Counted from the stretch's first letter, positions 1 to 9,955 are shown. The stretch: 64,000 nt of DNA from Candidatus Omnitrophota bacterium (GCA_041651455.1 JBAZJG010000004.1:72848-136847), one strand, 5' to 3'. Notes: a model not told the origin generated them from the sequence alone. Program-made: numbers and translations.

Positions 1-1344
1 GTCACCGGCCTGAACCCCGGCGCCGACCAGAGCACCGGCATATTCTTCTCTACGCTTAAGGAGCGCGACAAGAGGGAGCCGATGAGCAAGGTTGTCCCGA
101 AACTCAGGAGAGAGATGTCCATGATACCTGACGGCGTGGCTTTCGTCATGGCCATACCCGCCCTTAAACTGAGCGCCGGAGGCGAGGCGACCGCGACCGG
201 AAGCAAATATTCGTATACCCTTACCGGCCCCGACCAGGATAAGCTCTATCAATCGTCTTTTAGCCTGGCGGATGCCATGAAAAAACTTCCGGGGTTCCTC
301 GATATCCAGAACAGCACAAGGCTCGACCTTCCGCAGCTGAACATACAGATACTGCGCGACAGGGCCTCCACTCTGGGCATAACCGCGCACGACATCGAAT
401 ATGCGCTGACCCTGGCGTACTCCGGCGGAAAGGTCACGACGTTCAAGACCGACGTCGACCAGTACGATGTCATTGTCGAGCTGACGAAGGATTTCCAGAA
501 GAGGCCCGAGAACCTTTCGCAGATATACGTAAGGTCCTCGATCACGGGCAAGCTCGTGCCGTTGAGCACGGTGGCGAAATGGGAGGTCGATGCCGGCCCC
601 CAGAACGTGCCGCATTTGAACCAGCTCAATTCGGCTACCCTTTCCTTTAACCTTGCCCCCGAGGTCCCCCTCGGCAGCGCGACGAAGGCGCTCGAAGAGC
701 TTACGAGAAAACCCGAAGTGGTGCCGGAAGGCGTTACGGGCTCCCTGCAGGGCGAGGCCGAACAGTTCAAGGAATCCATCGCAAGCCTCGGCATCCTCAT
801 AATCGTCGCCATATTCATAAAGTACATCATACTTGGCATACTCTATGAGAGCTATGTCCACCCGTTCACGATACTTACGACGCTTCCGGTGGCCACGTTC
901 GGCGGCCTTGCGACCCTCTGGCTGTTCGGATCGGAACTGTCCCTCTACGCTTATGTAGGCGTATTCATGCTGCTCGGTATCGTGGCTAAGAACGGCATCA
1001 TGATGGTCGACTTCGCGAACGAGAACCTCGTAAAGAACAACATGAATAACTTTGACGCGATATATAACGCGTGCCTCGTAAGGTTCCGCCCGATCCTGAT
1101 GACGGGCCTTGCGGCTATCATGGGCGCCATGCCCATCGCTCTCGGGTACGGCGCGGACGGCGCTTCAAGAAGGCCCCTCGGGCTTATAGTCGTCGGCGGC
1201 CTTATATTCTCGCAGGTTGTCACGCTCTTCGTCACTCCCGGCATATTCCTTTATATGCAGAAGTTCCAGGAGAAGTTCCTCGACAGGTTCGAGCTGACAC
1301 GCTCCGACGCCGCAAGGAAAATAACGGATAAAGCCAAAGAATAA
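1..1344 (+). CDS. RND (HAE1/AcrB-family) efflux permease, C-terminal half; 5' end lies outside the window
   Basis: The frame is open from nt 1 (VTGLNPGADQSTGIFF... is in frame upstream of the annotated Met). It has a typical RND periplasmic porter subdomain followed by C-terminal TM helices (GIVAKNGIMMVDFANE, ILMTGLAAIMGAMP). Confidence 0.85.
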   Translation, partial: VTGLNPGADQSTGIFFSTLKERDKREPMSKVVPKLRREMSMIPDGVAFVMAIPALKLSAGGEATATGSKYSYTLTGPDQDKLYQSSFSLADAMKKLPGFLDIQNSTRLDLPQLNIQILRDRASTLGITAHDIEYALTLAYSGGKVTTFKTDVDQYDVIVELTKDFQKRPENLSQIYVRSSITGKLVPLSTVAKWEVDAGPQNVPHLNQLNSATLSFNLAPEVPLGSATKALEELTRKPEVVPEGVTGSLQGEAEQFKESIASLGILIIVAIFIKYIILGILYESYVHPFTILTTLPVATFGGLATLWLFGSELSLYAYVGVFMLLGIVAKNGIMMVDFANENLVKNNMNNFDAIYNACLVRFRPILMTGLAAIMGAMPIALGYGADGASRRPLGLIVVGGLIFSQVVTLFVTPGIFLYMQKFQEKFLDRFELTRSDAARKITDKAKE

Positions 1345-1379
1345 AAATCCCTCGCAGATAACCTGCGAGGGATTTCCTA

Positions 1380-1453
1380 TGGTTGCCCCGCTTGGACTCG
1401 AACCAAGACAGCAAGATCCAGAATCTTGTGGGCTACCATTACCCAACGGGGCA
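1380..1453 (-). tRNA. tRNA-Gln (anticodon CUG)
   Basis: The reverse complement folds as a cloverleaf. Acceptor is UGCCCCG/CGGGGCA with the U1-A72 pair typical of tRNA-Gln. Anticodon loop is UUCUGGA, T arm is CTTGG-TTCGAGT-CCAAG, and CCA is encoded. Confidence 0.85.
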
Positions 1454-1531
1454 GAAATTCCGGACGTAAGGGAAGATTATACTTTACCCGCCTCTATTTG
1501 TAAAGGGGATTAACCTCCGGAAGGCCGTATA

Positions 1532-2110
1532 TTAGATAAACTTTAAGCTCCTGAGTACACGGCTGAACCTCTTATCGAGGGCCGCAAAAACATTTTCTTG
1601 GCAAAATAACTTAATAAAATAGAACTTCCCGCTCTTTTCGAGTATCAGGACCCTCTCTTCCATGCTCACAAAATTCCCTCTCATCGGAAGCGGCGTATCC
1701 AGTGTCTTATATTTATAGACCAGCTCGACGGCTTCCGCACCCAGGATCTTCACGGCTTTCTTGGATAAAAGGTTGAAATCCTTTGATTTTTCGTTCTTTG
1801 CAATCTGGTTGGCAGCGGCGGTTTCCAGGTCTTTAACCGATATAGGCATATTGGACCTTTTTACGGCTAATACCGATATCGCGCTGAGCCTTGAACGGTT
1901 TGGGGTTTCCTTCGGCTCAATAAATATTGCGCTGAAGTACTTGTCTCCGGAACCCCTGTCCTCGGACACCTTCCATCCGGAAGGGTAGAGCATAGAAACG
2001 CCGATCGCGGGATCCTTGTTCTCGTATCTGTCGTATTTGAACCCATCGGAACACCCAAAAATATTCACCATTAGAAAGGCTCCTGCAATTAACAATATAT
2101 TTCTCGGCAT
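1532..2110 (-). CDS. hypothetical lipoprotein (signal peptide plus lipobox FGCS)
   Basis: The likely start is MPRNILLIAGAFLMVNIFGCS. No recognisable catalytic motif. Confidence 0.45.
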   Translation of the reverse strand: MPRNILLIAGAFLMVNIFGCSDGFKYDRYENKDPAIGVSMLYPSGWKVSEDRGSGDKYFSAIFIEPKETPNRSRLSAISVLAVKRSNMPISVKDLETAAANQIAKNEKSKDFNLLSKKAVKILGAEAVELVYKYKTLDTPLPMRGNFVSMEERVLILEKSGKFYFIKLFCQENVFAALDKRFSRVLRSLKFI

Positions 2111-2142
2111 TTTTAGGTCCTCTTCTTCTTTCTTCTGGAGAA

Positions 2143-3333
2143 TCAATAATCAGGTAAGGTCGAGTAAGAAGGTATTGTTTTAAGCCAGGCCTTGAAGTCG
2201 GCTTCTCCTTTATCGAATTCCGTCTCATAGGTATCCAAGTCGACGTTCGGCCCGTCTCTCACGACATCCCATAGCTCTAGCATAGCGTCGCAGGCGTTAT
2301 ACTCCTGGTCTATCGAATTCCCGGGGTATTGCGTTATATGTATTTCATCGTCCGTCAGTTCCGGATGGGCCGCTTTCGTAGCATCTATCCATTCCTGCGG
2401 ATTATAATCATAATCTGCGTGGGTTGCCTCATGGGCGATCACGCAGGCTACAGCCGCTTCGGTATAGGTTGCAGTCGCATTCTGATTCACGAATATCGTA
2501 TTACCGGTCACAAAAACTCGATTACCGTTATAATCGTACGCGTAATGGTCGTCTATTCCCCACCAAAATGCGATCGCCGAGGAACTTACTCCGTAATCCT
2601 CGTTGTTAACATATACGAGCCTAATATCGTTATCGTTGATCAGGTCAAGCCGGTCAGCCGCCAACGGGGCAAGGCCAAGGTAGTCGAGATAAGATGACGG
2701 GACAGCCGTCTGCGTCGGATGTATTATTCCGTCTTCACTTCCTCCGCCGGTCGGGCTATCCCCAGTATCTTCGCTGCTTGGAGTGCCTCCGCTGGGAGTA
2801 CCTCCGCCGGGGCTTCCTCCTCCGGGGCTGCCGCTGCTCGGACCGCCGCTTGGACTTCCGCTCCCGGGAGGCGTGCTGTCGCCGGTATCGGGACCGCCAA
2901 TATTGTCTCCGCCGAGATCCTGCCCACCCTGATTGACGCTATCGGGAGATATCGGGCCGCTATTATTCCTGGCGACAACTATATCGTCGCCCGTAATATC
3001 CCCTGATTCTATATCATCGCGGATCCTCTCGGCAAGCACGATAAAATTATCGTTCGTTACGCCGACTACCTTATAATTAAACCACCTTGGCTCGATATTT
3101 AGGCCAAGGCGTTCGTTAACTTCCTGCGTATTTTCCGCGGCGACGTACTCGCCTGTTTCAAGTTTCGCAATCTCCTCGGTCTTAGCGATATTCGCAACGG
3201 TCGCGACCGCTTCGACATACTTCGACTTATTTATTGCATTCTTATAGAACGCAAAAATAAGCCCGAAGAACACGGCTATGACCGTGACCGCAAGCAGTAT
3301 CTCTATAAGGCTAAATGCTCTTCTCTTCCTCAT
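2143..3333 (-). CDS. prepilin-type N-terminal methylation-domain protein (pseudopilin-like) with Gly/Ser/Pro-rich linker and C-terminal HExxH (zincin-like) domain
   Basis: N-terminus MRKRRAFSLIEILLAVTVIAVF has a class III signal with E at +5. A repetitive SGSPSGGPSSGSPGGGSPGGGTPSGGTPSS linker follows. The C-terminal domain contains IAHEATHADYD. Confidence 0.6.
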   Translation of the reverse strand: MRKRRAFSLIEILLAVTVIAVFFGLIFAFYKNAINKSKYVEAVATVANIAKTEEIAKLETGEYVAAENTQEVNERLGLNIEPRWFNYKVVGVTNDNFIVLAERIRDDIESGDITGDDIVVARNNSGPISPDSVNQGGQDLGGDNIGGPDTGDSTPPGSGSPSGGPSSGSPGGGSPGGGTPSGGTPSSEDTGDSPTGGGSEDGIIHPTQTAVPSSYLDYLGLAPLAADRLDLINDNDIRLVYVNNEDYGVSSSAIAFWWGIDDHYAYDYNGNRVFVTGNTIFVNQNATATYTEAAVACVIAHEATHADYDYNPQEWIDATKAAHPELTDDEIHITQYPGNSIDQEYNACDAMLELWDVVRDGPNVDLDTYETEFDKGEADFKAWLKTIPSYSTLPDY

Positions 3334-3371
3334 AACACGATTTTACCATAACCAACGAATATTTCAACCTG

Positions 3372-4157
3372 TTAATTAGCCGAAGAAAGGGTGTTCAGGG
3401 CCGTTTTGGCATCAGGATTCTGCGGATCGATCGACAATACCTTCTTCCAGCATGCCCTAGCCAGCGATCTGTCGCCCCTGTTAAAGTGGGCTACTCCGAG
3501 ATTATAGAGCGCCTCGATATTGTCCGGTTCTTTTTCCACCACTTTCTTGTATTCGTTTATCGCGCCCGGGAAATCCTTGCCCATCAGCAATAACCCGGCA
3601 AGGTTGAAGTGCGCCTCGGTCAGCCCGGAATCTTTTTCTATCGCCTTATTGAACATTTCTATCGCTTTTTCATTTTCATTGTCGGTCGCGTAAATGGCCC
3701 CGAGGTTGTTCAATATCTTAGCGTCTATCGTCCCCTTCTCGAGCACGTAGCTGTAATCCTCTTTCGTCCGCGAGAGATTGCCCGCCTTATGGTTCAGGAC
3801 GGCGCGCAGGTAATGGATCTCCGAGCTCTTCGAGAACGTCTGCAGCAGCACGTCGCAAAACGCGGCAGCTTCGGCATATTTGCCTTCCTTAACGTTGTCC
3901 TTTATCGCGTTGCAAAGGCCTTCGTAATCATATCTCGAAACGGAGCCGTCATCGTTAAGTATCCTGTCTATGCGATCTCTTTTCACGCTCGCTTCGCCGT
4001 CGGGGCGGGCCAATACCAGCGTATCTTTACTGCGAGAGACCACTCTTTCGTCCGCGACCCTTCCGTCGATATAATATATCTTCTCGGCCCCGCAGTAAGG
4101 CGCGGGGAAAAACGAATACGCGAGCAATACGGTGACAGCCAATGCGTGTTTTCTCAT
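3372..4157 (-). CDS. secreted TPR-repeat protein
   Basis: Signal peptide, then multiple TPR-like repeats (AEAAAFCDVLLQ, LNNLGAIYATDNENEKAIEMFNKAIE, ALYNLGVAHFNRGD). Confidence 0.6.
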   Translation of the reverse strand: MRKHALAVTVLLAYSFFPAPYCGAEKIYYIDGRVADERVVSRSKDTLVLARPDGEASVKRDRIDRILNDDGSVSRYDYEGLCNAIKDNVKEGKYAEAAAFCDVLLQTFSKSSEIHYLRAVLNHKAGNLSRTKEDYSYVLEKGTIDAKILNNLGAIYATDNENEKAIEMFNKAIEKDSGLTEAHFNLAGLLLMGKDFPGAINEYKKVVEKEPDNIEALYNLGVAHFNRGDRSLARACWKKVLSIDPQNPDAKTALNTLSSAN

Positions 4158-5464
4158 GGTTTTGCCTTCTCCGCGGCGGACTTCAGCCGTATCATGGACC
4201 TGTCTTTGCCTACCAGCGCCACCGTCTCGAACAGGCTCGCGCCGACTTTATGCCCGGTTATAGCGACCCTTATCGGATGTATCAGCTCCGCCGCTTTCAG
4301 CCCGGACTCCGCCGCCAGCTTCCTGACACAATCCTCGAGGGCGGGAGCGCTGAAGTCGTCCAGTTTCGAGAACCTGTCCATGACGTCTTCGAGTTTCTTT
4401 TTCGCGCCTTCTTTGCCGAGCACGGAGGAGACCGCCTCCTCGTCATACTCCATATTTTCCGAGAAGAACGGCGCTACGGAATCCGTGAGCTCGCGAATCG
4501 TCTTCGCGCGCGGGTGGAAAAGTTTCACGGCCTCGGCAAGCCGCGCGCCGTCAAAGCCCTCTTTCAGGACGCCCTTCTCCTTCAGTTCCGGCACTATCGC
4601 GGCGGCCAGGTCCTCGGGCTTGCGCGCCCTGATATATTCGCCGTTCATCCACGTCAGCTTGTTTATATCGAACACCGCCCCGGTCTTGCCGACTTTTTCG
4701 AGCGTGAATTCCTTTATTATCTCCGCTATCGGCAGGACCTCCCTGTCGCCCGACGGGGCCCAGCCAAGCAGCGATATATAATTAACGAGCGCGTCGGGCA
4801 GGAAACCCATCTGCCTGTATTCGGATATCGACGTCGCGCCGTGGCGTTTCGACATGCGTGAACGGTCGGTCCCGAGGATCATCGGGATATGCGCGAATTT
4901 CGGCGGCTCTATCCCGAGCGCCCTGTAAACGGCGAGCTGTTTCGGGGTGTTCGATATGTGGTCGTCGCCCCTTATCACGTGCGTTATCTTCATGTCGTCA
5001 TCGTCTATCACGCACGCGAAGTTGTATGTCGGGAACCCGTCGGATTTCATCAGCACAAGGTCTTTCTGGAGGTTCATGTCGAAGGTGACCTTGCCGTGCA
5101 CGATGTCGTCCATAACAATTATATCCTTCGGCATCGTGAGGATTATCGCCTTCTCTCCCCCGAGCGCACCCTCGGCCTCGTACGCCTTCCCCTCCTTGAG
5201 GAGCTGCTGCGCGTAGCCGCGGTAGGCATCGAGCCTCTTGGTCTGGTAATACGGGCCCTCATCCCAGTCCATACCGAGCCACTTCATCGAGCTGATTATC
5301 TCCTGCAGGAACTCGTCCTTCGAGCGTTCCCTGTCGGTATCCTCGACCCTGAAGACGAAGGTCCCCTTCTCGTGCCTCGCGAAAAGCCAGTTGAAGAGCG
5401 CGGTCCGCGCGCTCCCAATATGCAAAAAGCCCGTCGGGGACGGGGCAAACCTTACTTTCACCAT
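4154..5464 (-). CDS. gltX: glutamate--tRNA ligase
   Basis: HIGS motif (SPTGFLHIGSART) and KMSK-like motif (RMSKRHG). Class I GluRS catalytic core. Confidence 0.9.
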   Translation of the reverse strand: MVKVRFAPSPTGFLHIGSARTALFNWLFARHEKGTFVFRVEDTDRERSKDEFLQEIISSMKWLGMDWDEGPYYQTKRLDAYRGYAQQLLKEGKAYEAEGALGGEKAIILTMPKDIIVMDDIVHGKVTFDMNLQKDLVLMKSDGFPTYNFACVIDDDDMKITHVIRGDDHISNTPKQLAVYRALGIEPPKFAHIPMILGTDRSRMSKRHGATSISEYRQMGFLPDALVNYISLLGWAPSGDREVLPIAEIIKEFTLEKVGKTGAVFDINKLTWMNGEYIRARKPEDLAAAIVPELKEKGVLKEGFDGARLAEAVKLFHPRAKTIRELTDSVAPFFSENMEYDEEAVSSVLGKEGAKKKLEDVMDRFSKLDDFSAPALEDCVRKLAAESGLKAAELIHPIRVAITGHKVGASLFETVALVGKDRSMIRLKSAAEKAKP

Positions 5465-5465
5465 A

Positions 5466-6008
5466 TCATTGCCTCGCGACGAGCCTGGCGCCTTCCTTCA
5501 GCGCCTGCTCGTTCATAGGTATCAGGTCCTGCTTGTCCGGAGGAATGACCTCCTTCAACGCATCGACAAGCGCCCGCATCGACACAATCTTAAGCTTCGC
5601 GTTCAACGCGCCTAGAGCTATCATATTAGCGACCCGCGTATTCCCCATGTCTGTCGCCAGCTTCGTGACCGGTATCTTCAGCACGTCTAGATCGCCCCTT
5701 GCCGGCTGCCTGTCTATCAGCGTCTCGTTCATTATCAATGTTCCGGTCGGGGCCAGCGACTCCTCATACCTGTCCATAGAAGGCCTGTTCATCACGACGC
5801 ATGCGGTCGGGCTCGTAACGACAGGCGAGGGGACCATCTCGTCCGATATGACGACCATCGAATGGGCCGTCCCGCCGCGCACCTCGGCGCCGTACGACGG
5901 CATCCATGTGACCTTTAGGCCTTCCTTCATCGCGGCCCAGGCAAGCACCTTGCCCATCACCATTATCCCCTGCCCTCCAAAACCGGCAAATATTATCTCT
6001 TCTTTCAT
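5466..6008 (-). CDS. 2-oxoacid:ferredoxin oxidoreductase, gamma subunit
   Basis: FAGFGGQGIMVMGKVLA signature of the POR/KOR gamma family. Adjacent to the beta, alpha and delta subunits. Confidence 0.8.
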   Translation of the reverse strand: MKEEIIFAGFGGQGIMVMGKVLAWAAMKEGLKVTWMPSYGAEVRGGTAHSMVVISDEMVPSPVVTSPTACVVMNRPSMDRYEESLAPTGTLIMNETLIDRQPARGDLDVLKIPVTKLATDMGNTRVANMIALGALNAKLKIVSMRALVDALKEVIPPDKQDLIPMNEQALKEGARLVARQ

Positions 6009-6743
6009 CTATATGTCCTTTATGACCCCGAGCGGGAAATACTTCGTCATCTCATCCTCGATGCGCCGGCATGCGTCTTTCGGCGAGAGGCCCCAGTAGG
6101 TCGGGCACGGAGAAAGTATCTCGACGAGCGAGAACCCCTTGCCTTCCATCTGGTTCTTTAAGGCCTTCTTTATCGCCGCTTTCGTCTTCAGCACGTTCGC
6201 GGGATTATCCACCGACACCCTCTCTATGTATTTTGTGCCCGGCAGCTGTGAAAGCAGTTCCGAGATCTTCATCGGGTAGCCGTCCCTCGTTATGTCGCGC
6301 CCGTGTATAGAGGTCGATGTCTTTTGTCCTATAAGCGTCGTCGGGGCCATCTGCCCGTTCGTCATGCCGTATACCCCGTTATTTATGAAGAAGACCGTGA
6401 TATTCTCGCCGCGGTTGGCCGTGTGTATTATCTCCGCCGTGCCTATCGCCGCAAGGTCGCCGTCCCCCTGGTAACTGAACACGATCTTGTCGGGGTGCAC
6501 GCGCTTTATGCCCGTCGCGACGCATGGCGTCCTGCCGTGCGGGGCTTCCGAGCAGTCGAAATCCCAATATTCATAAGCTATGACCGCGCAGCCCACCGGG
6601 CATACCGCTATGACGTCCTCGCGGATACCGAGCTCGTCGATGACCTCGCAGATCAGCCTGTGCGCAATGCTGTGGCCGCATCCGGAACAGTAATGTGTCG
6701 GCACATCCCTGAGCGACGACGGGCGTTCGAACACTTTTTTCAT
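6009..6743 (-). CDS. 2-oxoacid:ferredoxin oxidoreductase, beta subunit (TPP-binding)
   Basis: CxGCG motif (YCSGCGHS) and TPP-binding GDGD region (YQGDGDLAAIG). Confidence 0.85.
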   Translation of the reverse strand: MKKVFERPSSLRDVPTHYCSGCGHSIAHRLICEVIDELGIREDVIAVCPVGCAVIAYEYWDFDCSEAPHGRTPCVATGIKRVHPDKIVFSYQGDGDLAAIGTAEIIHTANRGENITVFFINNGVYGMTNGQMAPTTLIGQKTSTSIHGRDITRDGYPMKISELLSQLPGTKYIERVSVDNPANVLKTKAAIKKALKNQMEGKGFSLVEILSPCPTYWGLSPKDACRRIEDEMTKYFPLGVIKDI

Positions 6744-7828
6744 GCGTATACCCTCTTCTTCGACCTCGGCTTAAGGATATCCCTTATCGCCTCGACTATG
6801 GCCTCTTCGGTCGGCACGCCGCCGCCGGCGCGGCCGTGGAAATGTATCGGCCTCTGCCCGAGTATCGAAAGCTTGACGTCGTCGACCATCTGCCCCGCGC
6901 TCATCTCTACCACGAGGAACGCCTTGGATTTCTTCGCGAGCTTCTGCAGCTGCGCCTCTGGGAACGGCCACAGCGTTATCGGCCTGAACATGCCGACATG
7001 CAGGTGTTCGTGGCGCGCTTTCGATATCGCGGAGCGGACGATCCTGCTGGTCGTGCCGTAGGCGACAACGACAAGGTCCGAATCCTCCGTATATAACGAC
7101 TCAAGCCTGGGTTCCTTCGATTTTATCTTGTTGTACTTCATCTGCATGATCCTGTTGAGCTCCTCGAGCTCTCCTTCCCCGAGGAACAGGGAACGCACGA
7201 CATTGGGCCTGCGCCCCTTGCATCCGGTAAGGGCCCACGGCTTATGCGTATTGACGGCGCTCTTGCCGTGCACGTGCCTTCTCACGACCTCCACCGGCTC
7301 CATCATCTGCCCGAGTATCCCGTCGCCGAGTATCATCACGGGGTTCCTGTACTCATCGGCCAGGTCGAACGCGAGCTGAGTGAGGTTCCAGGCCTCCTCT
7401 ACCGTCGACGGGGCCAGCACTATCGTCCTGTAATCCCCGTGTCCGCCGCCCCTCGTCGCCTGGAAATAGTCCGCCTGCGACGGCGCGATATTGCCGAGGC
7501 CGGGACCGCCGCGCATCATATTCACTATTACCGCCGGCAGCTGGCACGCCGCCATGTAAGATATCCCTTCCTGCTTCAGGCTGATCCCCGGGCTCGAGCT
7601 CGATGTCATCGCGCGCGCGCCGGCGGCAGAGGCGCCGAGCACGAGGTTTATCGCCGCGAGCTCCGACTCCGCCTGGATGAAAGTCCCTCCCGCCTCCTGC
7701 ATGCGGAACGACATGTAATGCGTCAGTTCGTTCTGCGGCGTTATCGGGTAACCCGCATAAAAAGTGCATCCGGCGTGTACGGCTGCCTCTCCGATCACCT
7801 CATTACCGCACATCATTATCTTTGCCAT
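6740..7828 (-). CDS. 2-oxoacid:ferredoxin oxidoreductase, alpha subunit
   Basis: N-terminal MMCGNEVIGEAAVHAGC...YPITPQNEL matches the pyruvate/2-oxoglutarate-flavodoxin/ferredoxin oxidoreductase domain. Confidence 0.85.
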   Translation of the reverse strand: MAKIMMCGNEVIGEAAVHAGCTFYAGYPITPQNELTHYMSFRMQEAGGTFIQAESELAAINLVLGASAAGARAMTSSSSPGISLKQEGISYMAACQLPAVIVNMMRGGPGLGNIAPSQADYFQATRGGGHGDYRTIVLAPSTVEEAWNLTQLAFDLADEYRNPVMILGDGILGQMMEPVEVVRRHVHGKSAVNTHKPWALTGCKGRRPNVVRSLFLGEGELEELNRIMQMKYNKIKSKEPRLESLYTEDSDLVVVAYGTTSRIVRSAISKARHEHLHVGMFRPITLWPFPEAQLQKLAKKSKAFLVVEMSAGQMVDDVKLSILGQRPIHFHGRAGGGVPTEEAIVEAIRDILKPRSKKRVYA

Positions 7829-7832
7829 TATC

Positions 7833-8054
7833 TTATTTGTATACCTCTATGCAGACATCGGGGCACATTATCGCGCACATCTTGCATCCCTTGCATTTTT
7901 GTTCATCTGTAGATTGGTCTACGGACTTAAATTTTGCCGGATGCACACCCCTGACGTTGAGCGATTCTTCCATTATTATCAGTTTCTCGGGGCAGTTTAT
8001 CGCGCAGAGGCCGCATCCCTTGCACGCATCCCTGTTTATCGTTATCTTGCCCAT
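7833..8054 (-). CDS. 2-oxoacid:ferredoxin oxidoreductase, delta subunit (2x[4Fe-4S] ferredoxin)
   Basis: Two CxxCxxCxxxCP motifs (CKGCGLCAINCP and CKGCKMCAIMCP) in a 73 aa protein. Its start codon overlaps the dxs stop (ATGA). Confidence 0.8.
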   Translation of the reverse strand: MGKITINRDACKGCGLCAINCPEKLIIMEESLNVRGVHPAKFKSVDQSTDEQKCKGCKMCAIMCPDVCIEVYK

Positions 8055-9955
8055 CAGGCCCTGGCCGCTTTCCCTTTAGAGAACATCTTCTTTATCTCCG
8101 ATGCTATGCCGTGGGCGTCGAGCCCGTACGCCTTGAAGAGGTCCTCTTTCCTGCCGTGTTCGACGAACTTCGCGGGGAAACCGAGCCTCTTGACCGATAT
8201 ATCGCTCATCCTCTCCCTCTCGAAGAATTCGAGCACGGCGCTGCCGAAACCGCCTTCAAGCACGCCCTCTTCCACCGTAACGAATTTCTTGGTCCTCGCG
8301 GCGAGGCTCCTGAGCAATTCCTCGTCGAAGGGCTTTATGAACCTGACGTTTATCAGCGAGGTCTTTATGCCTTCGCTGAACAGCAGCCCTGCCGCGGCGC
8401 ACGCCGGCCAGACCATCGAGCCGACCGCGAGAATCGCGAGTTCGCCCTCTTTCGACATCACTTCGGCCTTCCCGCGGACTATAGGCGTATCCGTCTCGAG
8501 GACCGGCGGGGCGACTATCTTTCCGCGCGGGTACCTGATCGCGACCGGCCCCTCGCAGCGGTTGACCGCGTATTCGAGCATGCCTTTAAGCTCTGCCTGG
8601 TCCTTCGGCGCCAATAACGTCATGTTGGGCATATGGCGCATGAATGCTATATCGAATATCCCGTGATGCGTAGCGCCGTCCTCTCCGACTATCCCGGCGC
8701 GGTCAAGGCAGAAGACGACATGAAGGTTCTGCAGGCACGCGTCGTGTATTATCTGGTCGTAGGAACGCTGCATGAACGTCGAATATATCGCGACGACCGG
8801 CACGACGCCGCCTTTGGCGAGGCCTGCGGCAAAGGTCACCGCGTGCTGTTCGGCCATCCCGACATTGAAGAAACGGCCCGGATACTCTTTCTGGAACGCG
8901 TCGAGGCCGGTCCCTTCCGGCATAGCCGCGGTCACCGCGGCAACCTTCGGGTTATCCCTTGCGATCTCGACGAGCGATTCGGAGAAGGTTTCGGTGAACG
9001 ACTTGGCGGGGCCCGCCCCTGGCGCTTTCAGCTCCCCGGTCTCGATATCGAACGGGGCCGTGCCGTGGAATTTCTCGGGGTGCTTCTCCGCGTGGTGGTA
9101 GCCCTTGCCTTTCTTCGTCAGGGCATGGATCAGTATCGGCCCTTCGAGGCGCAGCGCGCCGTCTATCGTCCTTATCATTCCCTCGAGGTTATTGCCGTCT
9201 ATCGGGCCAATATACCTGAGCCCGAGCTCTTCGAAAAGCATCCCGGGTATGAGCATGCCCTTCATGCTCTCTTCGAGCTTCTTCGCGGCCCTGTAGACGC
9301 TGAAACCGTACCACGGGACCCTCTTTATCAGGCCTTCCATGTCCTTATGTATCTTGTTGTAGGTCGGATTTACCAGGATCTTGTTGAGGTATTTGGAGAA
9401 CGCCCCGACCGACGGGGCTATCGACATCTCGTTATCGTTGAGGATTATCAACATGTTCGTCTTGCTGTGCCCGGCATCGTTGAGGGCCTCGAGGGCCATG
9501 CCGCCGCCGAGTGAGCCGTCGCCTATCACCGCGACGACCTTATAAGACTCGCCGGTAATGTCCCTGGCCTTCGCGAGGCCGAGGGCGGCAGATATGGATG
9601 TCGAGCCGTGCCCGACCGTGAAGGTGTCGTATTCGCTCTCGAACGCGTTCGGAAAACCGCTTAAGCCGCCGAACTGGCGTATTGTCCTGAACCTCTCCCT
9701 GCGGCCGGTCAGGACCTTATGCGCGTACGCCTGGTGCCCGACGTCCCATACTATCTTGTCATACGGCGTATTGAGGCAATAATGCAGCGCGACCGCGATC
9801 TCGACGGCCCCGAGGCTCGGCGCGAGATGTCCGCCGGTCCTGGAGACCGTATCGACGATAAACTCGCGCATCTCCCTGGCAAGGAGCTCGCGCTCCTCCC
9901 TGGACAATATCCTTAGGTCCTGCGGAGAATTGATGGAATTCAGTATTTTAAACAT
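8054..9955 (-). CDS. dxs: 1-deoxy-D-xylulose-5-phosphate synthase
   Basis: SRTGGHLAPSLGAVE TPP-binding region, GDGSLGGGMALEALN, transketolase-like C-terminus; 633 aa. Confidence 0.92.
   Translation of the reverse strand: MFKILNSINSPQDLRILSREERELLAREMREFIVDTVSRTGGHLAPSLGAVEIAVALHYCLNTPYDKIVWDVGHQAYAHKVLTGRRERFRTIRQFGGLSGFPNAFESEYDTFTVGHGSTSISAALGLAKARDITGESYKVVAVIGDGSLGGGMALEALNDAGHSKTNMLIILNDNEMSIAPSVGAFSKYLNKILVNPTYNKIHKDMEGLIKRVPWYGFSVYRAAKKLEESMKGMLIPGMLFEELGLRYIGPIDGNNLEGMIRTIDGALRLEGPILIHALTKKGKGYHHAEKHPEKFHGTAPFDIETGELKAPGAGPAKSFTETFSESLVEIARDNPKVAAVTAAMPEGTGLDAFQKEYPGRFFNVGMAEQHAVTFAAGLAKGGVVPVVAIYSTFMQRSYDQIIHDACLQNLHVVFCLDRAGIVGEDGATHHGIFDIAFMRHMPNMTLLAPKDQAELKGMLEYAVNRCEGPVAIRYPRGKIVAPPVLETDTPIVRGKAEVMSKEGELAILAVGSMVWPACAAAGLLFSEGIKTSLINVRFIKPFDEELLRSLAARTKKFVTVEEGVLEGGFGSAVLEFFERERMSDISVKRLGFPAKFVEHGRKEDLFKAYGLDAHGIASEIKKMFSKGKAARA

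Noticed and set aside
3609-4861. Long plus-strand ORFs (390 aa and 239 aa) opposite gltX and the TPR gene. Similar ones occur elsewhere: 6303-7061, 7764-8666, 8633-9514, 13631-14611, 33249-34226, 40865-42046, 52535-53920.
   Set aside because: They lie antisense to well-supported genes. Their products are Arg/Pro/Ser-rich and low-complexity, which is typical of frame-shadow ORFs in high-GC DNA. No motifs are present.
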